From: the human T2T-CHM13v2.0 reference genome, Homo sapiens | NCBI RefSeq assembly: GCF_009914755.1 | Contig: NC_060948.1 | DNA length: 64,000 bases | Direction: 5' to 3' (one strand) | Position numbers and translations under genes: made by a program | The notes under the pieces: generated by a model | Databases searched by the model: none | Told to the model about the DNA's origin: nothing | What the model saw: only the letters and a program-made list of their open reading frames with translations | In this document: one piece after another, positions 38,999-53,188 of the stretch | Position numbering within the stretch: position 1 is the stretch's first letter | Layout: every line of letters begins with the position of its first letter

Positions 38999-41900
38999 CG
39001 AATGGCATCGAATGGAATGGAATGGAATGCAATGGAATGGAACGTATTAGAATGTAATGAACTTTAATGGAATGTACTCGAATGGATTCGACTGGAATGG
39101 AATGTTCTGGAAGTGAATGGACTCCAATGGAATGGATTCCAAAGGAATGGAATCGTACGGAATGGAATCTAATGGAATGGAATTAAATGGAAATGAATCA
39201 AATTGAATAGCACGGAATTGAATTGAATGGAATGGAATGCAATGGAATCTAATGAAACGGAAAGGAAAGGAATGGAATGGAATGGAATGGGCTGGAATGG
39301 AAAGGAATCGAAACGAATGGAATGGAATCGAACTGAAGAGACTGGAATGGAATGCACTGGAATGGAAGGGAGTGTAATGGAAGGTTCTCGAAAAAAATGG
39401 AATCGAATGGAATGGAATTGAATGGAACGGAATAGAGTCGAATGGAATTGAATGGAATGGAATGGACTAGAGTGAAATGGAATCGAACCACAAGGAATGG
39501 ACAGGAATAGAATGGTCTCGAATTGAATGGAATCGTATGGAATGGCATCAAACGGAATGGAATGGACAGCCACGGAATGGAATGCACTCGAATGCAATGG
39601 AGTCGAAACTAATGGACTGGAATAGAATGGACTCGACTGGTACGGACTCCAATGGAATGGAATCGAATGGAAGGGAATCGAACGGAATGGACTCGAAGGG
39701 AAAAGACTGCAATGGAAAGGTCTCGAATGGAATGGAAATTAATGGAATGGAATGGAATCGAATGAAATGGAGTCAAAAGGAATGGAATCGAATGGCAAGA
39801 AATCGAATGTAATGGAATCGCAAGGAATTGATGTGAACGGAACGGAATGGAATGGAATCCAAAGGAATGGAATAGAATGGAATGGAATCGAATGGAAAGG
39901 ACTCGAATGGAAATCACTCGAATAGAATGCAATTTAATAAAATAGGATCAAATGTAATGGAATGGAATGGAAAGGAATCGAAACGAAAGGAATGGAGACA
40001 GATGGAATGGAATGGAACAGAGAGCAATGGTATAGAATGGAATGGAATCATCTGGAATGGAATTGAATGGAATGGAATAATATGAAATGGAATGGAATGG
40101 AATGGAATGCCCTTGAATTAAATGGACTGGAATGGAATGGACTCGAACAGAGTGGAATGGAAAGTGTTGAGATAGAATGGAATGGACTCGTTTGGAATGG
40201 TCTAGTATGCAATGCAATCGACTGGCAGGGAATCAAAAGGAATGTAATGGAATGGATTGGACTGGAATGCAATTGACTCGAATAGATTGGAAACGGAATG
40301 CAAAGGAATGGAATGGAATAGTATGGAATGGAATGGAAAGGAATGCAGTGGAATAGACTAGAGTGGAATGGAATGGACTGGAAAGCAATGGACTGGAATG
40401 GAACTTTATTGAATGGACTGGAATCAAACGGAATGGAATGCAATGCAATCAAATGGCATGGAATAAAATAGAATGAAAGAGAATCAAATGGAATTGAATC
40501 GAATGGAATCGAATGGATTGGAAAGGAATAGAATGGAATGGAATGGAATTGACTCAAATCAATGGACTAGAATGGAATGGATTCGAATGGAAGGCAAAGG
40601 AATGGAATCTATTGGAATGGACTGTAATGGAATGGAATGGAAGGGATTGGAATGGACTCGAATGGAATGGACTGCAATAGAAAGGATTCGAATGGAATGA
40701 AAAAGAATTGAATGGAATAGAACAGAATGGAATCAAATCGAATGAAATGGAATGGAATAGAAAGGAATGGAATGAAATGGAATGGAAAGGATTCGAATGG
40801 AATGCAATCGAATGGAATGGTATCGAACGGAATGGAATAAAATGGAAGAAAACTGGCAAGAAATGGAATCGAAATGAATGGAGTGTTATGGAACGGACTC
40901 AAAAGGAATTGAATGTAATAGAATGGAGTGGAGTGGACTCGAATATAATGGACTGGAATGGAATGAAATCACATGGAATGGGAACGAATGGAATGGAATG
41001 GAAAGGAATGGAATCGAATGGAAAGGAATCGAATGGAAGGGAATGAAATTGAATCAACAGGAATGGAAGGGAATAGAATAGACGGTAATGGAATGGACTC
41101 GAATAGAATGGACACGAATGCTCAAATTGAATGGACTCGAATGGAATGGAAACGAAAGGAATGTCATCGAATGGAATTGAATCGATTGGAATGAAATCGC
41201 ATAGAATGGAGTGGAATCAAATGGAATTGAATCGAAAGGAAAGGAAGCGAATGGACTGAAATGAAATGGAATGGAATTGAATGGAAAGTAATGCAATGGA
41301 ATAGAATGGAACGAAATTTCACGGAATGGAATCAAACTGAATGGAATCAAACCAATGGAATCAAATCAAATGGAATGGAAAGGAATTGAATGGAGTAGAT
41401 TGGATTGGATGGGATTGGAATGAAATGTACTGGAAAGGACTCGAATTTCATGAAACGGAATGGAATGAATTGGAACGGAACGGACTCGAATGGAATGGAA
41501 TGTCATGGAATGGCATCAAATGGAATGGCATCAAATGGAATGGAATCGAATGCAATGGAATGCTATGGAATGGAATGGAATGCATTTTAATGGAATGTCC
41601 TCTAATGGAATGGATTCGAGTGGAATGGAATCGAATATAATGGAGTCGAATGAAATGGAATTGAAAGGAATGGGATCGAATACAATGGAATATACTGGAA
41701 TGTAATGTAATGAACTCGAATGTAATTGACTGGAATGGAATGTACATGAATGGAATGTAATCGAATGGAAAGTAATCCAATGGAATAGAATCTAATGCAA
41801 TAAAATCGACTCAGATAGAGTAGAATGTAATGGAATGGAGTGCAGTGCAATGGAATGGAATGGAATGGAATGCAATGGAATGGAATGGAATGGAATGGAA

Positions 41901-42551
41901 TGGAATGGAATGGAATGGAATGGTGTGGAATGGATAGTAATGGACTGGAGTGAAATGGACTGGAAAGGAATGGACTCAAATTGAATGGGCTCGAAAGGAA
42001 TGGAGTCAAATGGAATGGTCTGGAATGGAATGAACACGAATGTAATGCAATCCAATAGAATGGAATCGAATGGCATGGAATATAAAGAAATGGAATCGAA
42101 GAGAATGGAAACAAATGGAATGGAATTGAGTGGAATGGAATTGAATGGAATGGGAACGAATGGAGTGAAATTGTATGCAGTAGAAGAGAATAGAATGGAA
42201 TGCAAGCGAAAGGAAAGGAATGGATTGGAATGGAATGGAATTCATTGGAATGGAAGGGAATGTAGTGTAATGGACAGGCCTGGAATAAAGTGGAATGCTA
42301 CGGTCTCGAATGGAATAAAAATGTATGGAATGGAATGCAATGAAACGGAATCGAATGTCATAGAATGTAATGGAATGCAAAAAAATGGAATCCAAAATCA
42401 TTGACTGGAAAGGCTGGGTGTCGAAAGGAATTGACTCCAATGGAATGGAATCGAATGGAATGGAAGTGAATAGAATCGAACTAAATCGAATGGAATGGAA
42501 CTGATAGGAACGGAATGGAGAGGAATGCAATGATTTGGCATGGAATGCAAT
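38999..42551 (+). repeat. Unit 12 (3553 bp), mostly sub-family A, with a net 1-bp loss at ~40560
   Basis: Offset 39169->42722. CAAATCAATGGACT in place of CAAATGGAATGGACT. Confidence 0.9.
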
Positions 42552-45500
42552 CGAATGGCATCGAATGGAATGGAATGGAATGCAATGGAATGGAATGTAT
42601 TAGAATGTAATGAACTTTAATGGAATGTACTCGAATGGATTCGACTGGAATGGAATGTTCTGGAAGTGAATGGACTCCAATGGAATGGATTCCAAAGGAA
42701 TGGAATCGTACGGAATGGAATCTAATGGAATGGAACTAAATGGAAATGAATCAAATTGAATAGCACGGAATTGAATTGAATGGAATGGAATGCAATGGAA
42801 TCTAATGAAACGGAAAGGAAAGGAATGGAATGGAATGGAATGGGCTGGAATGGAAAGGAATCGAAACGAATGGAATGGAATCGAACTGAAGAGACTGGAA
42901 TGGAATGCACTGGAATGGAAGGGAGTGTAATGGAAGGTTCTCGAAAAAAATGGAATCGAATGGAATGGAATTGAATGGAACGGAATAGAGTCGAATGGAA
43001 TTGAATGGAATGGAATGGACTAGAGTGAAATGGAATCGAACCACAAGGAATGGACAGGAATAGAATGGTCTCGAATTGAATGGAATCGTATGGAATGGCA
43101 TCAAACGGAATGGAATGGACAGCCACGGAATGGAATGCACTCGAATGCAATGGAGTCGAAACTAATGGACTGGAATAGAATGGACTCGACTGGTACGGAC
43201 TCCAATGGAATGGAATCGAATGGAAGGGAATCGAACGGAATGGACTCGAAGGGAAAAGACTGCAATGGAAAGGTCTCGAATGGAATGGAAATTAATGGAA
43301 TGGAATGGAATCGAATGAAATGGAGTCAAAAGGAATGGAATCGAATGGCAAGAAATCGAATGTAATGGAATCGCAAGGAATTGATGTGAACGGAACGGAA
43401 TGGAATGGAATCCAAAGGAATGGAATAGAATGGAATGGAATCGAATGGAAAGGACTCGAATGGAAATCACTCGAATAGAATGCAATTTAATAAAATAGGA
43501 TCAAATGTAATGGAATGGAATGGAAAGGAATCGAAACGAAAGGAATGGAGACAGATGGAATGGAATGGAACAGAGAGCAATGGTATAGAATGGAATGGAA
43601 TCATCTGGAATGGAATTGAATGGAATGGAATAATATGAAATGGAATGGAATGGAATGGAATGGAATGCCCTTGAATTAAATGGACTGGAGTGGAATGGAC
43701 TCGAACAGAGTGGAATGGAAAGTGTTGAGATAGAATGGAATGGACTCGTTTGGAATGGTCTAGTATGCAATGCAATCGACTGGCAGGGAATCAAAAGGAA
43801 TGTAATGGAATGGATTGGACTGGAATGCAATGGACTCGAATAGATTGGAAACGGAATGCAAAGGAATGGAATGGAATAGTATGGAATGGAATGGAAAGGA
43901 ATGGAGTGGAATAGACTAGAGTGGAATGGAATGGACTGGAAAGCAATAGACTGGAATGGAACTTTCTTGAATGGACTGGAATCAAACGGAATGGAATGCA
44001 ATGCAATCAAATGGCATGGAATAAAATAGAATGAAAGAGAATCAAATGGAATTGAATCGAATGGAATCGAATGGATTGGAAAGGAATAGAATGGAATGGA
44101 ATGGAATTGACTCAAATGGAATGGACTAGAATGGAATGGATTCGAATGGAAGGCAAAGGAATGGAATCTATTGGAATGGACTGTAATGGAATGGAATGGA
44201 AGGGATTGGAATGGACTCGAATGGAATGGACTGCAATAGAAAAGATTCGAATGGAATGAAAAAGAATTGAATGGAATAGAACAGAATGGAATCAAATCGA
44301 ATGAAATGGAATGGAATAGAAAGGAATGGAATGAAATGGAATGGAAAGGATTCGAATGGAATGCAATCGAATGGAATGGAATCGAACGGAATGGAATAAA
44401 ATGGAAGAAAACTGGCAAGAAATGGAATCGAAATGAATGGAGTGTTATGGAACGGACTCAAAAGGAATTGAATGTAATAGAATGGAGTGGAGTGGACTCG
44501 AATATAATGGACTGGAATGGAATGAAATCACATGGAATGGGAACGAATGGAATGGAATGGAAAGGAATGGAATCGAATGGAAAGGAATCGAATGGAAGGG
44601 AATGAAATTGAATCAACAGGAATGGAAGGGAATAGAATAGACGGTAATGGAATGGACTCGAATTGAATGGACACGAATGCTCAAATTGAATGGACTCGAA
44701 TGGAATGGAAACGAAAGGAATGTCATCGAATGGAATTGAATCGATTGGAATGAAATCGCATAGAATGGAGTGGAATCAAATGGAATTGAATCGAAAGGAA
44801 AGGAAGCGAATGGACTGAAATGAAATGGAATGGAATTGAATGGAAAGTAATGCAATGGAATAGAATGGAACGAAATTTCACGGAATGGAATCAAACTGAA
44901 TGGAATCAAATCAATGGAATCTAATCAAATGGAATGGAAAGGAATTGAATGGAGTAGATTGGATTGGATGGGATTGGAATGAAATGTACTGGAAAGGACT
45001 CGAATTTCATGAAACGGAATGGAATGAATTGGAACGGAATGGACTCGAATGGAATGGAATGTCATGGAATGGCATCAAATGGAATGGCATCAAATGGAAT
45101 GGAATCGAATGCAATGGAATGCTATGGAATGGAATGGAATGCATTGGAATGGAATGTCCTCTAATGGAATGGATTCGAGTGGAATGGAATCGAATATAAT
45201 GGAGTCGAATGAAATGGAATTGAAAAGAATGGGATCGAATACAGTGGAATATACTGGAATGTAATGAAATGAACTCGAATGTAATTGACTGGAATGGAAT
45301 GTACATGAATGGAATGTAATCGAATGGAAAGTAAACCAATGGAATAGAAACTAATGCAATAAAATCGACTCAAATAGAGTAGAATGTAATGGAATGGAGT
45401 GCAGTGCAATGGAATGGAATGGAATGGAATGCAATGGAATGGAATGGAATGGAATGGAATGGAATGGAATGGAATGGTGTGGAATGGATAGTAATGGACT

Positions 45501-46105
45501 GGAGTGAAATGGACTGGAAAGGAATGGACTCAAATTGAATGGGCTCGAAAGGAATGGAGTCAAATGGAATGGTCTGGAATGGAATGAACACGAATGTAAT
45601 GCAATCCAATAGAATGGAATCGAATGGCATGGAATATAAAGAAATGGAATCGAAGAGAATGGAAACAAATGGAATGGAATTGAGTGGAATGGAATTGAAT
45701 GGAATGGGAACGAATGGAGTGAAATTGTATGCAGTAGAAGAGAATAGAATGGAATGCAAGCAAAAGGAAAGGAATGGATTGGAATGGAATGGAATTCATT
45801 GGAATGGAAGGGAATGTAGTGTAATGGACAGGCCTGGAATAAAGTGGAATGCTACGGTCTCGAATGGAATAAAAATGTATGGAATGGAATGCAATGAAAC
45901 GGAATCGAATGTCATAGAATGTAATGGAATGCAAAAAAATGGAATCCAAAATCATTGACTGGAAAGGCTGGGTGTCGAAAGGAATTGACTCCAATGGAAT
46001 GGAATCGAATGGAATGGAAGTGAATAGAATCGAACTAAATCGAATGGAATGGAATTGATAGGAACGGAATGGAAAGGAATGCAATGATTTGGCATGGAAT
46101 GGAAT
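42552..46105 (+). repeat. Unit 13 (3554 bp), mosaic
   Basis: Offset 42722->46276. Confidence 0.9.
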
Positions 46106-49100
46106 CGAATGGCATCGAATGGAATGGAATGGAATGCAATGGAATGGAATGTATTAGAATGTAATGAACTTTAATGGAATGTACTCGAATGGATTCGACT
46201 GGAATGGAATGTTCTGGAAGTGAATGGACTCCAATGGAATGGATTCAAAAGGAATGGAATCGTACGGAATGGAATCTAATGGAATGGAATTAAATGGAAA
46301 TGAATCAAATTGAATAGCACGGAATTGAATTGAATGGAATGGAATGCAATGGAATCTAATGAAACGGAAAGGAAAGGAATGGAATGGAATGGAATGGGCT
46401 GGAATGGAAAGGAATCGAAACGAATGGAATGGAATCGAACTGAAGAGACTGGAATGGAATGCACTGGAATGGAAGGGAGTGTAATGGAAGGTTCTCGAAA
46501 AAAATGGAATCGAATGGAATGGAATTGAATGGAACGGAATAGAGTCGAATGGAATTGAATGGAATGGAATGGACTAGAGTGAAATGGAATCGAACCACAA
46601 GGAATGGACAGGAATAGAATGGTCTCGAATTGAATGGAATCGTATGGAATGGCATCAAACGGAATGGAATGGACAGCCACGGAATGGAATGCACTCGAAT
46701 GCAATGGAGTCGAAACTAATGGACTGGAATAGAATGGACTCGACTGGTACGGACTCCAATGGAATGGAATCGAATGGAAGGGAATCGAACGGAATGGACT
46801 CGAAGGGACAAGACTGCAATGGAAAGGTCTCGAATGGAATGGAAATTAATGGAATGGAATGGAATCGAATGAAATGGAGTCAAAAGGAATGGAATCGAAT
46901 GGCAAGAAATCGAATGTAATGGAATCGCAAGGAATTGATGTGAACGGAACGGAATGGAATGGAATCCAAAGGAATGGAATAGAATGGAATGGAATCGAAT
47001 GGAAAGGACTCGAATGGAAATCACTCGAATAGAATGCAATTTAATAAAATAGGATCAAATGTAATGGAATGGAATGGAAAGGAATCGAAACGAAAGGAAT
47101 GGAGACAGATGGAATGGAATGGAACAGAGAGCAATGGTATAGAATGGAATGGAATCATCTGGAATGGAATTGAATGGAATGGAATAATATGAAATGGAAT
47201 GGAATGGAATGGAATGCCCTTGAATTAAATGGACTGGAATGGAATGGACTCGAACAGAGTGGAATGGAAAGTGTTGAGATAGAATGGAATGGACTCGTTT
47301 GGAATGGTCTAGTAGGCAATGCAATCGACTGGCAGGGAATCAAAAGGAATGTAATGGAATGGATTGGACTGGAATGCAATGGACTCGAATAGATTGGAAA
47401 CGGAATGCAAAGGAATGGAATGGAATAGTATGGAATGGAATGGAAAGGAATGCAGTGGAATAGACTAGAGTGGAATGGAATGGACTGGAAAGCAATGGAC
47501 TGGAATGGAACTTTATTGAATGGACTGGAATCAAACGGAATGGAATGCAATGCAATCAAATGGCATGGAATAAAATAGAATGAAAGAGAATCAAATGGAA
47601 TTGAATCGAATGGAATCGAATGGATTGGAAAGGAATAGAATGGAATGGAATGGAATTGACTCAAATGGAATGGACTAGAATGGAATGGATTCGAATGGAA
47701 GGCAAAGGAATGGAATCTATTGGAATGGACTGTAATGGAATGGAATGGAAGGGATTGGAATGGACTCGAATGGAATGGACTGCAATAGAAAGGATTCGAA
47801 TGGAATGAAAAAGAATTGAATGGAATAGAACAGAATGGAATCAAATCGAATGAAATGGAATGGAATAGAAAGGAATGGAATGAAATGGAATGGAAAGGAT
47901 TCGAATGGAATGCAATCGAATGGAATGGAATCGAACGGAATGGAATAAAATGGAAGAAAACTGGCAAGAAATGGAATCGAAATGAATGGAGTGTTATGGA
48001 ACGGACTCAAAAGGAATTGAATGTAATAGAATGGAGTGGAGTGGACTCGAATATAATGGACTGGAATGGAATGAAATCACATGGAATGGGAACGAATGGA
48101 ATGGAATGGAAAGGAATGGAATCGAATGGAAAGGAATCGAATGGAAGGGAATGAAATTGAATCAACAGGAATGGAAGGGAATAGAATAGACGGTAATGGA
48201 ATGGACTCGAATAGAATGGACACGAATGCTCAAATTGAATGGACTCGAATGGAATGGAAACGAAAGGAATGTCATCGAATGGAATTGAATCGATTGGAAT
48301 GAAATCGCATAGAATGGAGTGGAATCAAATGGAATTGAATCGAAAGGAAAGGAAGCGAATGGACTGAAATGAAATGGAATGGAATTGAATGGAAAGTAAT
48401 GCAATGGAATAGAATGGAACGAAATTTCACGGAATGGAATCAAACTGAATGGAATCAAACCAATGGAATCAAATCAAATGGAATGGAAAGGAATTGAATG
48501 GAGTAGATTGGATTGGATGGGATTGGAATGAAATGTACTGGAAAGGACTCGAATTTCATGAAACGGAATGGAATGAATTGGAACGGAACGGACTCGAATG
48601 GAATGGAATGTCATGGAATGGCATCAAATGGAATGGCATCAAATGGAATGGAATCGAATGCAATGGAATGCTATGGAATGGAATGGAATGCATTTTAATG
48701 GAATGTCCTCTAATGGAATGGATTCGAGTGGAATGGAATCGAATATAATGGAGTCGAATGAAATGGAATTGAAAGGAATGGGATCGAATACAATGGAATA
48801 TACTGGAATGTAATGTAATGAACTCGAATGTAATTGACTGGAATGGAATGTACATGAATGGAATGTAATCGAATGGAAAGTAATCCAATGGAATAGAATC
48901 TAATGCAATAAAATCGACTCAGATAGAGTAGAATGTAATGGAATGGAGTGCAGTGCAATGGAATGGAATGGAATGGAATGCAATGGAATGGAATGGAATG
49001 GAATGGAATGGAATGGAATGGAATGGAATGGTGTGGAATGGATAGTAATGGACTGGAGTGAAATGGACTGGAAAGGAATGGACTCAAATTGAATGGGCTC

Positions 49101-49659
49101 GAAAGGAATGGAGTCAAATGGAATGGTCTGGAATGGAATGAACACGAATGTAATGCAATCCAATAGAATGGAATCGAATGGCATGGAATATAAAGAAATG
49201 GAATCGAAGAGAATGGAAACAAATGGAATGGAATTGAATGGAATGGAATTGAATGGAATGGGAAGGAATGGAGTGAAATTGTATGCAGTAGAAGAGAATA
49301 GAATGGAATGCAAGTGAAAGGAAAGGAATGGATTGGAATGGAATGGAATTCATTGGAATGGAAGGGAATGTAGTGTAATGGACAGGCCTGGAATAAAGTG
49401 GAATGCTACGGTCTCGAATGGTATAAAAATGTATGGAATGGAATGCAATGAAACGGAATCGAATGTCATAGAATGTAATGGAATGCAAAAAAATGGAATC
49501 CAAAATCATTGACTGGAAAGGCTGGGTGTCGAAAGGAATTGACTCCAATGGAATGGAATCGAATGGAATGGAAGTGAATAGAATCGAACTAAATCGAATG
49601 GAATGGAATTGATAGGAACGGAATGGAAAGGAATGCAATGATTTGGCATGGAATGGAAT
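46106..49659 (+). repeat. Unit 14 (3554 bp), sub-family A
   Basis: Offset 46276->49830. Confidence 0.9.
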
Positions 49660-52600
49660 CGAATGGCATCGAATGGAATGGAATGGAATGCAATGGAATG
49701 GAATGTATTAGAATGTAATGAACTTTAATGGAATGTACTCGAATGGATTCGACTGGAATGGAATGTTCTGGAAGTGAATGGACTCCAATGGAATGGATTC
49801 CAAAGGAATGGAATCGTACGGAATGGAATCTAATGGAATGGAATTAAATGGAAATGAATCAAATTGAATAGCACGGAATTGAATTGAATGGAATGGAATG
49901 CAATGGAATCTAATGAAACGGAAAGGAAAGGAATGGAATGGAATGGAATGGGCTGGAATGGAAAGGAATCGAAACGAATGCAATGGAATCGAACTGAAGA
50001 GACTGGAATGGAATGCACTGGAATGGAAGGGAGTGTAATGGAAGGTTCTCGAAAAAAATGGAATGGAATGGAATGGAATTGAATGGAACGGAATAGAGTC
50101 GAATGGAATTGAATGGAATGGAATGGACTAGAGTGAAATGGAATCGAACCACAAGGAATGGACAGGAATAGAATGGTCTCGAATTGAATGGAATCGTATG
50201 GAATGGCATCAAACGGAATGGAATGGACAGCCACGGAATGGAATGCACTCGAATGCAATGGAGTCGAAACTAATGGACTGGAATAGAATGGACTCGACTG
50301 GTACGGACTCCAATGGAATGGAATCGAATGGAAGGGAATCGAACGGAATGGACTCGAAGGGAAAAGACTGCAATGGAAAGGTCTCGAATGGAATGGAAAT
50401 TAATGGAATGGAATGGAATCGAATGAAATGGAGTCAAAAGGAATGGAATCGAATGGCAAGAAATCGAATGTAATGGAATCGCAAGGAATTGATGTGAACG
50501 GAACGGAATGGAATGGAATCCAAAGGAATGGAATAGAATGGAATGGAATCGAATGGAAAGGACTCGAATGGAAATCACTCGAATAGAATGCAATTTAATA
50601 AAATAGGATCAAATGTAATGGAATGGAATGGAAAGGAATCGAAACGAAAGGAATGGAGACAGATGGAATGGAATGGAACAGAGAGCAATGGTATAGAATG
50701 GAATGGAATCATCTGGAATGGAATTGAATGGAATGGAATAATATGAAATGGAATGGAATGGAATGGAATGCCCTTGAATTAAATGGACTGGAATGGAATG
50801 GACTCGAACAGAGTGGAATGGAAAGTGTTGAGATAGAATGGAATGGACTCGTTTGGAATGGTCTAGTAGGCAATGCAATCGACTGGCAGGGAATCAAAAG
50901 GAATGTAATGGAATGGATTGGACTGGAATGCAATGGACTCGAATAGATTGGAAACGGAATGCAAAGGAATGGAATGGAATAGTATGGAATGGAATGGAAA
51001 GGAATGCAGTGGAATAGACTAGAGTGGAATGGAATGGACTGGAAAGCAATGGACTGGAATGGAACTTTATTGAATGGACTGGAATCAAACGGAATGGAAT
51101 GCAATGCAATCAAATGGCATGGAATAAAATAGAATGAAAGAGAATCAAATGGAATTGAATCGAATGGAATCGAATGGATTGGAAAGGAATAGAATGGAAT
51201 GGAATGGAATTGACTCAAATGGAATGGACTAGAATGGAATGGATTCGAATGGAAGGCAAAGGAATGGAATCTATTGGAATGGACTGTAATGGAATGGAAT
51301 GGAAGGGATTGGAATGGACTCGAATGGAATGGACTGCAATAGAAAGGATTCGAATGGAATGAAAAAGAATTGAATGGAATAGAACAGAATGGAATCAAAT
51401 CGAATGAAATGGAATGGAATAGAAAGGAATGGAATGAAATGGAATGGAAAGGATTCGAATGGAATGCAATCGAATGGAATGGAATCGAACGGAATGGAAT
51501 AAAATGGAAGAAAACTGGCAAGAAATGGAATCGAAATGAATGGAGTGTTATGGAACGGACTCAAAAGGAATTGAATGTAATAGAATGGAGTGGAGTGGAC
51601 TCGAATATAATGGACTGGAATGGAATGAAATCACATGGAATGGGAACGAATGGAATGGAATGGAAAGGAATGGAATCGAATGGAAAGGAATCGAATGGAA
51701 GGGAATGAAATTGAATCAACAGGAATGGAAGGGAATAGAATAGACGGTAATGGAATGGACTCGAATAGAATGGACACGAATGCTCAAATTGAATGGACTC
51801 GAATGGAATGGAAACGAAAGGAATGTCATCGAATGGAATTGAATCGATTGGAATGAAATCGCATAGAATGGAGTGGAATCAAATGGAATTGAATCGAAAG
51901 GAAAGGAAGCGAATGGACTGAAATGAAATGGAATGGAATTGAATGGAAAGTAATGCAATGGAATAGAATGGAACGAAATTTCACGGAATGGAATCAAACT
52001 GAATGGAATCAAACCAATGGAATCAAATCAAATGGAATGGAAAGGAATTGAATGGAGTAGATTGGATTGGATGGGATTGGAATGAAATGTACTGGAAAGG
52101 ACTCGAATTTCATGAAACGGAATGGAATGAATTGGAACGGAACGGACTCGAATGGAATGGAATGTCATGGAATGGCATCAAATGGAATGGAATCGAATGC
52201 AATGGAATGCTATGGAATGGAATGGAATGCATTTTAATGGAATGTCCTCTAATGGAATGGATTCGAGTGGAATGGAATCGAATATAATGGAGTCGAATGA
52301 AATGGAATTGAAAGGAATGGGATCGAATACAATGGAATATACTGGAATGTAATGTAATGAACTCGAATGTAATTGACTGGAATGGAATGTACATGAATGG
52401 AATGTAATCGAATGGAAAGTAATCCAATGGAATAGAATCTAATGCAATAAAATCGACTCAGATAGAGTAGAATGTAATGGAATGGAGTGCAGTGCAATGG
52501 AATGGAATGGAATGCAATGGAATGGAATGGAATGGAATGGAATGGAATGGAATGGAATGGTGTGGAATGGATAGTAATGGACTGGAGTGAAATGGACTGG

Positions 52601-53188
52601 AAAGGAATGGACTCAAATTGAATGGGCTCGAAAGGAATGGAGTCAAATGGAATGGTCTGGAATGGAATGAACACGAATGTAATGCAATCCAATAGAATGG
52701 AATCGAATGGCATGGAATATAAAGAAATGGAATCGAAGAGAATGGAAACAAATGGAATGGAATTGAATGGAATGGAATTGAATGGAATGGGAAGGAATGG
52801 AGTGAAATTGTATGCAGTAGAAGAGAATAGAATGGAATGCAAGTGAAAGGAAAGGAATGGATTGGAATGGAATGGAATTCATTGGAATGGAAGGGAATGT
52901 AGTGTAATGGACAGGCCTGGAATAAAGTGGAATGCTACGGTCTCGAATGGTATAAAAATGTATGGAATGGAATGCAATGAAACGGAATCGAATGTCATAG
53001 AATGTAATGGAATGCAAAAAAATGGAATCCAAAATCATTGACTGGAAAGGCTGGGTGTCGAAAGGAATTGACTCCAATGGAATGGAATCGAATGGAATGG
53101 AAGTGAATAGAATCGAACTAAATCGAATGGAATGGAATTGATAGGAACGGAATGGAAAGGAATGCAATGATTTGGCATGGAATGGAAT
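49660..53188 (+). repeat. Unit 15 (3529 bp), sub-family A with a 15-bp deletion at ~52180
   Basis: Offset 49830->53359. Confidence 0.9.
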
